A stretch of DNA of 64,000 bases. It comes from a virus. Each line of letters begins with the position of its first letter. Positions within the stretch are counted from its first letter, which is position 1. A program made the translations under genes and the position numbers. Below are positions 17,534 to 28,474 of this stretch, piece by piece. The stretch is from IMG/VR virus record IMGVR_UViG_3300029258_002996. The stretch is one strand, 5' to 3'. Below the pieces are notes generated by a model that did not search any database, was not told the DNA's origin, and saw only the letters and a program-made list of their open reading frames with translations.

Positions 17534-20500
17534 CTAGAAAACGGTCGCCAGACCTCCATCATCCATCCGAATGTTGGTAGGCGCAAGAGTAAGTCCAACC
17601 GTAATCACCTTGGTCCCCATCTGAGTTTTTGGCTGCCCGCTCAAGTTTGGAACGCTCATCACGTTGTTGCGAACGACAGGATAAAACTTAAAATTCGCAT
17701 TTGCGGAGGTTTCTACATAGAGAGCGTAGTAAGACCCGGTACTCAGATTGTTGTCCAAAATCAGATTACCCTCGATAAAAGCAGCCCCATGAATCAACCC
17801 ACCTCCGTAACCTGTTTCACTCACATATAGCCCGTGAATGGCCACGGGAGTAGGCGTTGCACTATGGTTATCAATCACGTTGTCTTTGATCGCAAAATGA
17901 CCTTTGTCGTATTTCGCGTAATCGCGAACAATAATATGCTGCCCAGTTCCGCTAACAAGACCATCGCAACTTATATAAGTTTTGTTCGATTGAATAGAAA
18001 AATGAGAACAAGATCCTAACGCAATGCAAGAACTATTGTCCAACAGTAAATTGTCACTACTACGCCCCTGCATAAAAATTTCATTACTATGAATCGTAAG
18101 ATGAGCACTGTTATCCGCTCCTATAATTCCATAGCCACCCAACAAACCTCCAAGACTGGTATATGGATTGTCGCGTTCCGTAACAATACGTATCGCGTTG
18201 TTTGAAACAATCGAACGATCTTGCTTAACGAGAATTCCAACACTTTCAGAATAAATTACGTTTCCGTCGATGGTAGTGTCGGTTACTCGCGCTATGATGC
18301 CCCCCTTAAATACTTTAAGATCATTATTGTTCAGAACCCAATATCGCCCTAAATTGCTAGGGAATATAACTCCTTCTCCAAGATCTTTAACTGTATTTTC
18401 TCCAATATTGCAATAATCGCTATTATAAACACGAAAAGCAGTGCCATCGATAGAAGTCGAGCCGTCCACACGCTTGATCGAATTTCCCTTAAAAACAGAA
18501 TTCAGGACAGTTCGAATTTCAAAACCAACTTCTACATCCCCCGTACTATCACCTAGCTCTACGTGATTTTCAAAAACCTTGGCATAATCGGTATCCTTCA
18601 AAAAAACCGGATTTACAAAACCAGTACCGCCAGAACACAAAAAACGATTTTCACTAACGATGGGGGCTTGGCAGTACTCCAAACGTAAGACCGAAACATC
18701 GTCAGTAGAGCGAAAATGATTCCCTGCGATCTGAAAATTCTGATATCCATTTGCAAGAGAAATCGCATTAGCAAAAATCGTAGCTCGGTTCAAAATAAAT
18801 TCACAATTCCGAATAGTGACATTCTCGATTTTCGACACACCTACCCAACTAGAATCATCAAGAGTCATAAAATATTGAGTAGGGTTTGCATGCGTATACT
18901 TACATCCACGTATCTCGATGCCGTTTGCAACTCTCAAAGCCGCACCCGCACCGCTCTGCGAGTGAATGCATAAATTCTCCAGAACATTACGCTCCGAGAG
19001 AGCCCATGCACCATCCGCACTACCGTAGTTAATGTATACCGTGCTTCCTTCCGGAGACGCATCGTGGCCCGCAGTCCCTCGCACATTCACATAAGTTGGC
19101 TGCACAATACGTCTGGAAATGTTGCTTTCGGCTACTAAGATCACCTCGATGGATCCGGCAAAATGAGGATACTGCTGAGCCAGCTCCGCATACAGAAAAG
19201 CGGATTCCAAGCTGTCGAAAGTAGCTGCAAAAGTCGACAATATGGAAGAACTCCTGCGATTCCCAACCGACCACTCAACTTCCACATTGTTAATGTTCTT
19301 AGAGATGTCCACAGTGTCCGTCACTGCCCCACCGGAAGCATCGACCAACCAAAGTGCCACACCGCGCTCGGGCGGATCCGTTTGGTCTTCTTCCCCGGTG
19401 GAAGCCACCGAGAAGTGAGTTTCGTCGTCAACCCGGGGTGTCAACGCAGACGCGCCGACCACGTATTTCAACGCACTGACTACACTTCCGCTAAAGTCAT
19501 TGGTCACGTCCAAAACGTCGAAATTTCCTTCAAAATCGACATAGACCAAATTCGTCGCGTTGTCTGCGAACCCTAAAGACGTGGCCCCCGTAGTCTCGAT
19601 ACGCTTTCCTCGGCAGTAGTACGCGCCACCTCGAATGTCGGCTGCCAAAGCTGCGATATTGTACAGCTCGAACTCGTTAGCGAAGCCGTTCCGGTTGAAG
19701 ACGATCCCGGAGGAGAGATACTCGTTGTTTGGGGAATAGATCATCTCCTGCAACGCGGAATCAGCCATGTTTTCGACGCACAGAGTTCCCCACGATCTTT
19801 TGTCAATAGTGCGACGAAGACCGGTATAGGGAGCATACCCTAGCTTTCTCTTTGGAGACACTGAATCATACCAAAGAGATAGGGAGGCAATTTGCATATT
19901 TTGATCACGATCAGGAGAAGCCAGAACGTCAATATTATCTTGATAAGGTCCGGCCCCTGATGGGAGAGTATCGTCCGCAGCAGTGGGAGTATCATTCCCG
20001 TTTACCCACAAATCAATCCAATCAATTCCATTCTTTGCATACAGCCGAATCACTTGACTTATCAGATCAGAAGAAGCGATGGATAAAGGTTTCCCGCCGT
20101 CCCAAGTGAATATGTAGTTACCTCCTGAAACTTCATATTTTAAAATAAGTCCCGAAGCAGCGGGGTAATCTTTCGAGCAATCCACAATCCAGGTTCCTTG
20201 AACATTCCGAGTTCCTGGAGGATAACTCATTTTCCTTTTTGCAAAAACATTCGATTCATCGTCTACGTATACTTCCAAAAGACCCGTAGATGTAGAATTC
20301 CCCCAATTGGCGTCCCAGCTACCTGGATCAAAGTAAATTTGATTGTTCAAAATCGAGTCGAACTGCTTCCCATTGATATAGAACAAATCTCCAGAACTGG
20401 GATCCTGAATGTTCAAGGTATCGCCACCCGTGCTACCGGTGTTGATGGTGGCCTGAAAAATATTCGATGAGGATCCCTTCCAGATCCCGTTGCAGTGCAT

Positions 20501-21487
20501 CACGTCCTGGTGCTGCTCCAGGTAAGGCAACGACTCTCCTGCGATGTCCTCTACCGACAGCCCGTGCGGATTGGTAGGACTGACGACACCGGTCCCTCGA
20601 AGATTCCGATGCAGAAGATCCGCAGCGGTGAGTCTCGGAACCGCCTGGTAGTAGAGATTCGTGACCGTGATGGTCTCGGTGATGGGTAGGCCGCTGGTAG
20701 GGAGAAGAGAAAGCGTCACCAAACACCGAATGTACTCCCCGGCCCCATCCGTGAAATTGTAGATTCCGTCCGAAGTGATGGACACGGTAGGTCCCGTACC
20801 GTTCGAAGTGGTCCACTCGAAATCATGAGGAGCGCCGGGCTTGTCGTACTCCAAGCTCCCATCGCCAACCGGGGTGTTCGGAGACACTTCGAGCACGGTA
20901 ACGCCCGTGATCTGAATGAGGGTGCTCGGGGTCGAATAGAGGATGTTGTTGAACGTGGTCGGTCCTTCGATGTTGCTCTGGGTCAGGGAAGTGGTCGCTC
21001 CTTGCGCCGTCACCTTCCCAATCAAGAGGCAGCGATCCTGGGCATCATTGGCCAGGTTGTCGTCCGTGGCGGGGAGAGCGTTGAACTCCGCGTCGGTGAA
21101 AACTCGAATCCTCCACGCGGCCTGCGCTCGGGTCGGATATCTCTCATTGTCGCTCTCGTGGGGCTGGTAGTAGTCTTCATCCTCGGTGTAGACGGCACAA
21201 ACCCGGTTCACCACCCCAGAGGTGTAGTCGGAAAGGGCGATATTGTAGTAGTCGCTCGTCGTCTCGATGTACTCGCCGTTCGGAGCGTAACCCGAGAGCT
21301 GCTTCACGTCGATGTTCAGATACGGAGCGGACCCCGATGTATTGACCGTGATTTCGCCTCCGGTGAAGATCCCGCGAGAAGTCCAGTCGACGCGATTTCT
21401 GAGAATCTCTTCGGCCTTTGTGACTTCGGTTCGACGAAGTGCGACGTGGTCTACGACAACGCCGTCCGGATAGGTGCTACCTCTCAT
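17534..21487 (-). CDS. Tail fibre/tailspike with C-terminal parallel beta-helix
   Basis: 1317 aa at the end of the baseplate module; many I/V-x-x-N-x-I/F repeats in the C-terminal third; NPHGLS anchor-type motif. Confidence 0.75.
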   Translation of the reverse strand: MRGSTYPDGVVVDHVALRRTEVTKAEEILRNRVDWTSRGIFTGGEITVNTSGSAPYLNIDVKQLSGYAPNGEYIETTSDYYNIALSDYTSGVVNRVCAVYTEDEDYYQPHESDNERYPTRAQAAWRIRVFTDAEFNALPATDDNLANDAQDRCLLIGKVTAQGATTSLTQSNIEGPTTFNNILYSTPSTLIQITGVTVLEVSPNTPVGDGSLEYDKPGAPHDFEWTTSNGTGPTVSITSDGIYNFTDGAGEYIRCLVTLSLLPTSGLPITETITVTNLYYQAVPRLTAADLLHRNLRGTGVVSPTNPHGLSVEDIAGESLPYLEQHQDVMHCNGIWKGSSSNIFQATINTGSTGGDTLNIQDPSSGDLFYINGKQFDSILNNQIYFDPGSWDANWGNSTSTGLLEVYVDDESNVFAKRKMSYPPGTRNVQGTWIVDCSKDYPAASGLILKYEVSGGNYIFTWDGGKPLSIASSDLISQVIRLYAKNGIDWIDLWVNGNDTPTAADDTLPSGAGPYQDNIDVLASPDRDQNMQIASLSLWYDSVSPKRKLGYAPYTGLRRTIDKRSWGTLCVENMADSALQEMIYSPNNEYLSSGIVFNRNGFANEFELYNIAALAADIRGGAYYCRGKRIETTGATSLGFADNATNLVYVDFEGNFDVLDVTNDFSGSVVSALKYVVGASALTPRVDDETHFSVASTGEEDQTDPPERGVALWLVDASGGAVTDTVDISKNINNVEVEWSVGNRRSSSILSTFAATFDSLESAFLYAELAQQYPHFAGSIEVILVAESNISRRIVQPTYVNVRGTAGHDASPEGSTVYINYGSADGAWALSERNVLENLCIHSQSGAGAALRVANGIEIRGCKYTHANPTQYFMTLDDSSWVGVSKIENVTIRNCEFILNRATIFANAISLANGYQNFQIAGNHFRSTDDVSVLRLEYCQAPIVSENRFLCSGGTGFVNPVFLKDTDYAKVFENHVELGDSTGDVEVGFEIRTVLNSVFKGNSIKRVDGSTSIDGTAFRVYNSDYCNIGENTVKDLGEGVIFPSNLGRYWVLNNNDLKVFKGGIIARVTDTTIDGNVIYSESVGILVKQDRSIVSNNAIRIVTERDNPYTSLGGLLGGYGIIGADNSAHLTIHSNEIFMQGRSSDNLLLDNSSCIALGSCSHFSIQSNKTYISCDGLVSGTGQHIIVRDYAKYDKGHFAIKDNVIDNHSATPTPVAIHGLYVSETGYGGGLIHGAAFIEGNLILDNNLSTGSYYALYVETSANANFKFYPVVRNNVMSVPNLSGQPKTQMGTKVITVGLTLAPTNIRMDDGGLATVF

Positions 21488-21506
21488 GACATCCTCCTAC
21501 AATATC

Positions 21507-21992
21507 CTACCACCAAGCCCAGCGGTCGGTCATGCCCTGAGACCACTGTTCCTTGGGGATCTCGACTTTCTGGCCCGCATACGACCTGGCACCACGTTCA
21601 AACCAGTTGTCGTAGTAGCTGTGTTTGCTGCGCTGGAACAACCAAATCCAAATCGAGTTGATGATGTATATCGGATAGAAGAAGAGACCGCAAGCGTACT
21701 GCTGTTGACAATGTCGGTTTTCGTGCTTCACAGTACGTTCCCATCTCTCCGTATCCGAATCGATCACCACTATATTATTACCGCAACTCCAGCCACCCCA
21801 ACCTCGGTCGGAAAACGCCTTCCGGCAGAACCATCCTTCATTGGTCAGGTCCCACAGAAAAGTGAAATCCGGGTACATTTTGAACTTCTGGATCTGCCCA
21901 GTCACGAGCAAGACGATTCCGAAAATCCAAAAACCCAAAGAGACCGGAAGGGTCCACAAGAACCCGAGAAAAAAGGCGATTTTCTTAAACAT
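21507..21992 (-). CDS. Membrane protein with HExxH motif
   Basis: Hydrophobic N-terminus; KHENRHCQQ...WFERGA. Confidence 0.55.
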   Translation of the reverse strand: MFKKIAFFLGFLWTLPVSLGFWIFGIVLLVTGQIQKFKMYPDFTFLWDLTNEGWFCRKAFSDRGWGGWSCGNNIVVIDSDTERWERTVKHENRHCQQQYACGLFFYPIYIINSIWIWLFQRSKHSYYDNWFERGARSYAGQKVEIPKEQWSQGMTDRWAWW

Positions 21993-24900
21993 TTGTCAGT
22001 CCTGGTACGTTCGCGTTCGAGCCGAACAGGTGAAGCCCCTTCATGACCATCGATCTCAACCGAAAATCGCGCAGATCTCGGATGTTGCTGGCCGAGAAGC
22101 GCAATTGATGGATCACATGCCCTAAAGGGGTCTGTGTTACATTCACGTTCTCATTTTTCTCTACCACATTCCATGAAGCGGATCCGCAAGCCGTGGAGGT
22201 CGGTCCCGAGCGATGCTCGAAGGTGAGATTGATTCTCCGTTGGTCGTAGAGAACTACAGATTCATAAGTAAGCTGGTAAAGAACGCCTTCGACATACTGA
22301 GAGACATCGAGTTCGACTGTTTTCGAGTCAATGTACCTCCAGTTCGCCGGAGAAATGATTCTCGTTTCATCCTCGTCTTCCAAGAACAGCGTCGAAGTGC
22401 TTTGATCTCTGTTTGAGCGATTCTCCAGAATAGCCCGTCCCGTATCCGGATTGATGTAGATGGGTACCGTGATCTCTTTTGAAATTTCGTTGTGATCGAA
22501 CCTTTCCCACAACATATAGTCCACGAGCCACATGTAATCTTGGAAATTGGTGCCCAAATCAATAAAAGGTGTTGTAATTCGATAAATCGGATTGTAGTTG
22601 AACGTGTACTGCGCCGACGAGTTGTAGTAGGCGGTGTCAACTTGAATCTGAGAGGCAGAATTGAAATGCCACTTGTCGTTCGGAACCAAAACACCGTCCT
22701 CGAACAACATCGCGGCTTCCTGATCCTGATCCGAATCGTACAGGAGGGCGGCAACGTAGGGGGCGGATCCGGAAAACGTAAGCTCCTCCCCCTCAATCGG
22801 CAGCACATTCGGACCGACGAACGAGTACCTGAACGGCGTATCCGGATTGACATCCATATTGACCAAAGTGCAGTTCGAAAAATCGGCCTCCGTGATCGGC
22901 CCCTTCAAATTGAGAGGCTCCCCAGCCGTTCCGTATTCGGTCACGTCGAAAATGTCGATAGATGAATGCGCAGGAGAGATCTTCCGCACATGGCCCTGCT
23001 GAACAGAGGTGTCTGAAATCTCGACAATTCGGCTTTCCGTCGCCGCCGGGGGAGTACCGCTGAGAATCGGCAACAGGTCGTAATCCGCGAGAACCTGGAT
23101 CGAGGAGCTGTCCGGAGCGAGAAGCTGGTAGTAGCCCGAGCTGGTCACCGAAACCCATCCGACACCTGGAGTCCAAGTCGTTCCGTTGGGCGTCCACCGG
23201 AGGCGACGAAGATCCCCTACGCTGTTGTACTCGTACTCGAAAGTGCCGTTTCCCGGATTCGTATCCAGTGAGATGCTCGTCACTTCCACGCCTGAGAGAA
23301 CCGTAGGGGGAGTCGCTCGCTTGTGCGGCAAGCCGATGTACTCCTGTTCTGTCAGGGAAAGCGGATCCGGCGACCAACACCAGAGAAGCTCCCCAAAATA
23401 TTGTCGATGTCGATAACGGGCAATCGTCGTGTTGGCAAGCACACGCGAGGTAATGTACTCGACATCTACATTGAAGCTATCGATCATCACGTCGACGGAA
23501 CCAGCATCCGTGATTTCGATAGCGACCAGAACACTGTTGTCCACCAGATCAGCCGGAATGACAACGCTGAAATCCAGGAACGTGAAGTCTTCGTACCAGG
23601 AGCCCCCAGAGTCCTGCTGAACCGGCACAGCAGGTCCTGCGACCCAAGTAGCACCTCCGTCGAAAGAGAAGCTCAGGGAAGCTGTGGTAGGCCCTGCGGT
23701 ACCACTGAGAATCCAACCGCTGAATGTGGCAAGGTAGCCTTCGTAATCATAGAACAGTCCAGGGCTCTGTTGCGGGAAATTGGTTCCCCGAGGTCCTGGC
23801 CTCGGCATAGGCCATTGGAGAACCCGGGAGATCAAGGCATGGCTGCTCGCGGACAGATCCTGAAGTTGAATTAGAAACTGAGGGGAGGGATCATACGATT
23901 CCAGCTTGTCCGTAACCACCTTTGATGGAAGGATTGTCGAAACCGTGCTCGGAAGAGGGCTGAACAACCACCAGTTGTCGGGCAACTCAGGGTTACCGAA
24001 AGTAGCGTCGTCGACCACATCCACGTTATCGGAAGTGAGGATCGCGGGAAGCTGGGTTCGATCCACGAGAACCCAAGCTCCTTTCGTCTGTTCCAAGTTT
24101 CGGTTCACGTTCGTATAAGCCACCTTGAACGAACGGGCTGCCGCTATGGTCGGGTAGGGGCCGGGGGGAGCGGCCATCTCATCGGGGTAGCACTTGACTT
24201 TGATGGTCGCGCTCACGCTATCCGATACAACATACTCCGCGATATCCTCGGTTATCGGAGTCCACGGAGAAAATAGAGCGCCGCCAGAATGCCATCGAAT
24301 TTCCCGGGTAGGTGGAACGGTAGAACCGTCATAGCGATATTGAAATTCACAGTTCGAGTGAATGTCTTTGACCCCCAAAATCTCCACGCCGAAAACACCA
24401 TCAAAGATATTCTCATCGAACTTGAGATCTCCCGGCTTGATCCCGAACAACTCCGCAGCCGCATTGGACGGCCCGCTTTCGATCTTCACGCTCGAACCGG
24501 CGACCGTTGTGCTTTGAAGGAGCAGCTTGCCGTTGTAAGACGAAGCCACTACAGCCCCGAGGGCGGCGTTGATGTCGGCAATGACGTTCGCCACGGTCGG
24601 CGTCGGGAAACCTGTCGTCAAGGTGACTACTACGATTCCGACATCGTCGATGTCCAGGTAGAGCTTGTCTTCAAAAGCGCTGAGTAAAAACGGTCCCGCA
24701 AGTCCGAGGATGAATGCAGGTACCGTCGACGGCGGACCGGGGAGGAACAGCGCTCCGTTGTTGGCAGGTACATAAGGACCCCAACTTCCCCCGACCTGCC
24801 AACGAAGCGCGTCCGGAGTCGGATCGTACTCGATCACAGCCGCAGGAGATCCTGAAGGAAGATCGGCTTCAACACGCTCCAGTTGTACTCCTGAAATTCC

Positions 24901-25587
24901 GGCTCCGGCGTAGGCTACCGTGTGCGACCTCTCCTTATAGCGGTCGTTGATCAACATCGATTGATCCAACACCCAGTTCGGTCCCCACATACGACGCGCG
25001 TATCCAAACGGAGGCACCTGAGTAAACTCGGAAACGGCTTTGTCGAGACCTTCGTACTTTCCGCCGTGCTGCCGGTACGCCAGACGCAGCTCGTGAAGCA
25101 TCCGACGATAGGTATCGAGATCCTGGCCAAGATTTCGATAGGTCTGAATCGCCCGACCAAAGACATCCTCGATACCGTTGATGGTGGCGGTCTCAATGAA
25201 CATGTCGCGGTAGGCTTCGAGCCAATCAGCATCGATTGAATCAAACACAGTCGCGTAGGAAATCAGCCACAAAGCGTACTCGCGCACCGTGATCCAGCTC
25301 GAAGTACGCCGGGCAGTATTCTGATGAATGAGCAGCAGCTCATTGTCGCCGTAATCAAAGTGGCGAGCAAAGACGACATTGCCTTCCGCATCGGAAACGA
25401 CGGAACCTGAGAAAACCTCGTTGATGTAGAGACCAAAGTTGGAATTCGGATAATTCGTCTCCAGCCGAACCTCGGTGTTACCGAGACGGTAAGGGACAAT
25501 CGACCCCCGCGAAGCGTAGAAATTCCCCGAGACAATCGCCTTGATCAGCTCGGCATACCGATTCGTGTTCGCGAGAGGATCGGCCAT
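21985..25587 (-). CDS. Large baseplate wedge / structural protein
   Basis: About 1200 aa after baseplate J; DMFIETAT..IEDVFG...YRRML resembles gpI/wedge N-terminus; start MADP at 25587 with GGAGG. Confidence 0.6.
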   Translation of the reverse strand: MADPLANTNRYAELIKAIVSGNFYASRGSIVPYRLGNTEVRLETNYPNSNFGLYINEVFSGSVVSDAEGNVVFARHFDYGDNELLLIHQNTARRTSSWITVREYALWLISYATVFDSIDADWLEAYRDMFIETATINGIEDVFGRAIQTYRNLGQDLDTYRRMLHELRLAYRQHGGKYEGLDKAVSEFTQVPPFGYARRMWGPNWVLDQSMLINDRYKERSHTVAYAGAGISGVQLERVEADLPSGSPAAVIEYDPTPDALRWQVGGSWGPYVPANNGALFLPGPPSTVPAFILGLAGPFLLSAFEDKLYLDIDDVGIVVVTLTTGFPTPTVANVIADINAALGAVVASSYNGKLLLQSTTVAGSSVKIESGPSNAAAELFGIKPGDLKFDENIFDGVFGVEILGVKDIHSNCEFQYRYDGSTVPPTREIRWHSGGALFSPWTPITEDIAEYVVSDSVSATIKVKCYPDEMAAPPGPYPTIAAARSFKVAYTNVNRNLEQTKGAWVLVDRTQLPAILTSDNVDVVDDATFGNPELPDNWWLFSPLPSTVSTILPSKVVTDKLESYDPSPQFLIQLQDLSASSHALISRVLQWPMPRPGPRGTNFPQQSPGLFYDYEGYLATFSGWILSGTAGPTTASLSFSFDGGATWVAGPAVPVQQDSGGSWYEDFTFLDFSVVIPADLVDNSVLVAIEITDAGSVDVMIDSFNVDVEYITSRVLANTTIARYRHRQYFGELLWCWSPDPLSLTEQEYIGLPHKRATPPTVLSGVEVTSISLDTNPGNGTFEYEYNSVGDLRRLRWTPNGTTWTPGVGWVSVTSSGYYQLLAPDSSSIQVLADYDLLPILSGTPPAATESRIVEISDTSVQQGHVRKISPAHSSIDIFDVTEYGTAGEPLNLKGPITEADFSNCTLVNMDVNPDTPFRYSFVGPNVLPIEGEELTFSGSAPYVAALLYDSDQDQEAAMLFEDGVLVPNDKWHFNSASQIQVDTAYYNSSAQYTFNYNPIYRITTPFIDLGTNFQDYMWLVDYMLWERFDHNEISKEITVPIYINPDTGRAILENRSNRDQSTSTLFLEDEDETRIISPANWRYIDSKTVELDVSQYVEGVLYQLTYESVVLYDQRRINLTFEHRSGPTSTACGSASWNVVEKNENVNVTQTPLGHVIHQLRFSASNIRDLRDFRLRSMVMKGLHLFGSNANVPGLTNV

Positions 25588-25588
25588 T

Positions 25589-26587
25589 TTATTCTCCGCC
25601 TCCGAGCCCCTTCTGCTCACCTTCCGGGGTGAACAACTGAGGATCGTTTATAAACGAGAGTTTCGACTGCGCTTGGGCACTATTGATCACTCGGAACTGT
25701 TCCACAAAGTAGTATTCATAGGCATTCGACTTCGTGTAATCGCCATTCGCAATCATCGACACATCGACCAAACCTTGATAGGCGCCTTCGGTGTGCTTCA
25801 CATCTCGGCTCGCGGGCACGATACCTCGACATCGCGTATCCGAAACGATAACAGTATCGTGAACGGGTTGATTTTGGAACACCACGAAGGGCCTGAAGTA
25901 GAACCATTCCACCCGGATCCCGGCCAATGAATATGACGTGGATCCGTTGGTTGAGAAAATCCGGAACTTCGCCGTAGTCGAACTAAATCGAACGCTCCGA
26001 TAGGCCAATGAGCCGTTGGCGTAGAAGTACACATCCGAACCGAACCTGAGAATCTTGAGCATCGTGACGCCCGTGGTCCACGGCAGCGGAACGATAAGCT
26101 CGTCGGCCAAGGCACCATTTCGATAGACCTCGCAACGAAGCTGAAGAACGCTGGGCGTCAGCTCGATGTACGCAATCGCGTACTCCGTAGCGCTCACGTA
26201 CAGCGATAGCGCAACGAGCTGGACAACGTCGGACGGATATTGAGCAATCCGAGGTAGATTGATTCGAATCTCCCCCTGCACATTGCCCCAAATGGTTTTG
26301 GATTCGATTCCGGCCACGGAACCCGGAGTGGCTCCGGTGTCGAGCTGGAGATGGAAAGCGCCTGTCGAGACGGACCCCGAGCCGGAGCTGAGATCCGTCC
26401 AGAGTACTGTGTCCAGACTCACGCCATCGAACAGATCATCCCACTGTCTGGGATCGAATCCGACGCCTTTCATGATGAAACGATTTCCTCCGGGGGATGG
26501 CCCTCGGTCCGGATTTACTTCGTCGATAGACGTAGCAGTACCATATAAAATTCCGCTCCCGTATTTGAAGGTGGCGAATTTTGCCAT
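25589..26587 (-). CDS. Baseplate-associated beta-sandwich protein (IPT/TIG-like ends)
   Basis: IDEVNPDRGPSPGGNRFIMKGVGF...VVFQNQP...VSDTRCRGIVP. Confidence 0.5.
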   Translation of the reverse strand: MAKFATFKYGSGILYGTATSIDEVNPDRGPSPGGNRFIMKGVGFDPRQWDDLFDGVSLDTVLWTDLSSGSGSVSTGAFHLQLDTGATPGSVAGIESKTIWGNVQGEIRINLPRIAQYPSDVVQLVALSLYVSATEYAIAYIELTPSVLQLRCEVYRNGALADELIVPLPWTTGVTMLKILRFGSDVYFYANGSLAYRSVRFSSTTAKFRIFSTNGSTSYSLAGIRVEWFYFRPFVVFQNQPVHDTVIVSDTRCRGIVPASRDVKHTEGAYQGLVDVSMIANGDYTKSNAYEYYFVEQFRVINSAQAQSKLSFINDPQLFTPEGEQKGLGGGE

Positions 26588-26599
26588 AATATTCGGTCC

Positions 26600-28033
26600 T
26601 TAGCTCACCAAGTTCACGACCAAATCAGCAGCCTCGATTCTAGCATACCGATTTGGTCCGATTGCGAGGTCACCCACTCCGGAACCACCCTGAACTGCCA
26701 GTGTCGTCCAGGTCCAGTTTCCAACCCCGAAGACCTTCGAGATCTCCGCATCTAGGTCGAACTCCTCCACGTCCTCTCCGAGACGTAATGCATTGATGTA
26801 GTTCGTGATCCGGTCGCGCACGAGCTGAACCACGGAATCGGGATTTCCCGACGTGACCGTCAGGTTCCCCTCGATTGACAGAAGCTGCGGTTGCGCCCAC
26901 CTGAACAAAACGTCGGATCCCATCACGAAGTATCGAGATTGGCGATAGTAGGAGGTGATCACGTTGATGAGGGAGTTGTACTGGTATTCGATGTGAACGG
27001 AAGTCCCTACGGCAGGGAAACTCCCAGTCGCCAAGAACTTGATACCGCCCTGAGCCCGGTTGCTGTATCCGTAGACCCCCTCCCCACGAATCACTTCATA
27101 GTCGGTCCCCTCGATGTACGTGACCGGTCCTGCGCTCGTCACCAAGTTCACCTGAGAAATCGGCTGCCGGGGAAGCGGGATCAACGTCTCGACCCCGGGA
27201 AACGCGATGTCGTAGGAAGCAGACAGTGGCGTATCTCCGAGAATCCACATGTCCACGGCCCCTGCATCATCTTGCTCCCGCTCCAGGTTCACATTGTTCC
27301 CGTAGACCACGTAGGTATCGATGACGCCGGAGAAGGTATCTTCGAGGAACCTGGCGAGGCCAGCCGGGGTAGAGGTTTGATGACCCTCCACCTGCATGAG
27401 GTAGCGTGCGGCGAGATCCGAGTTCGTCTCGCGCCCGAGGCCGGAAGTCGTGGCAAACTTGTTGTAAAACTCGTCAAACTGCGGGAAAGGCCTTTTGGCG
27501 ACGGTAATCGTGTACGCACCGACTTGAGTAGTGGAGCCGCGAATGATGCTCGCACAAGCTACGTTCAACTCGTACCGTTCAGTCTCCGCGTTGTAGTAGG
27601 CGCTCGCCGGTGTCGACAGGGGTCCGTACATGATTCTTGACTCGACCGTTCGGAAATCCACAACCTCTCCGGTTTCGGGATTGAGAACCGTCGAAAGGGG
27701 GAAGTTGATGGGAACCAGAATGTCCGCAGTTGGAGGACGAATGCGAGCGAAGGTAACGGTCACGTAGGAAGGTGATCCCTCCCAACGAACAATGGCTTCG
27801 TTGTACACAAAATCGTCCAAATCTTCCGGGTTGAAACGAGCCGCGTTTTTGAGCGACATGAGCTGGCTGAGATAGACGATGTTGTCGTGCTGGTCCTTGA
27901 AGACCTCGGACGGAGGAGTGATGTACAAATCCTTGATAGGTCCGATTCTGGTGTCCAACGAAGGATCACGGGATTCGATTCCTTCGGTAATCTCGTTTTC
28001 GAACTCTGGTACTGTTTTCGCTCGAATGACCAT
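26600..28033 (-). CDS. Baseplate J-like wedge protein
   Basis: GLGRETNSDLAAR, GAVDMWILG, ITNYINALRLGEDV; follows gp25-like gene. Confidence 0.8.
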   Translation of the reverse strand: MVIRAKTVPEFENEITEGIESRDPSLDTRIGPIKDLYITPPSEVFKDQHDNIVYLSQLMSLKNAARFNPEDLDDFVYNEAIVRWEGSPSYVTVTFARIRPPTADILVPINFPLSTVLNPETGEVVDFRTVESRIMYGPLSTPASAYYNAETERYELNVACASIIRGSTTQVGAYTITVAKRPFPQFDEFYNKFATTSGLGRETNSDLAARYLMQVEGHQTSTPAGLARFLEDTFSGVIDTYVVYGNNVNLEREQDDAGAVDMWILGDTPLSASYDIAFPGVETLIPLPRQPISQVNLVTSAGPVTYIEGTDYEVIRGEGVYGYSNRAQGGIKFLATGSFPAVGTSVHIEYQYNSLINVITSYYRQSRYFVMGSDVLFRWAQPQLLSIEGNLTVTSGNPDSVVQLVRDRITNYINALRLGEDVEEFDLDAEISKVFGVGNWTWTTLAVQGGSGVGDLAIGPNRYARIEAADLVVNLVS

Positions 28034-28042
28034 CTCCGCCTC

Positions 28043-28474
28043 CTAGAACAGACCTTCCAGTGAAAAAGCGTATTTTCCCAAGAAAGAGTAGAAGTCAACC
28101 CTCCACCTGAAAGTCCTCGGATCTTCCGTATCCGGCCAAATCTGTACCGGAGTGTATGAATCGAGCAGCTCCTCGGGCGTGCGCCTACTGAACATCGTGT
28201 GTCTCTGGACGTAGCGAAACCGAGAGATGCCGGAAGAAGCGCGCGACTGGAACTCGAACATCGCGGGAGAGCCGAAAGCATTCTCGGGCTCTCCATCCGT
28301 GTGCTTTCCGATCACCTCGTCGAGACCACAACCGATACCGTCCGCGCGGATCCCCGTGGTCAGCACCATCCGACAGTCCTGCCGAAGCTTGTCCTTGCGG
28401 GTGATCGTTTCGTAGCCGGTGTTCGAATGATTTCGAACTACGTCGCCGTTTTCGATCTTCACCGTGTAGCTCAT
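28043..28474 (-). CDS. gp25-like sheath initiator
   Basis: KIENGDV...KLRQD..VLTT...G.GL...RTPEELL...EDPRT; size and position. Confidence 0.65.
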   Translation of the reverse strand: MSYTVKIENGDVVRNHSNTGYETITRKDKLRQDCRMVLTTGIRADGIGCGLDEVIGKHTDGEPENAFGSPAMFEFQSRASSGISRFRYVQRHTMFSRRTPEELLDSYTPVQIWPDTEDPRTFRWRVDFYSFLGKYAFSLEGLF

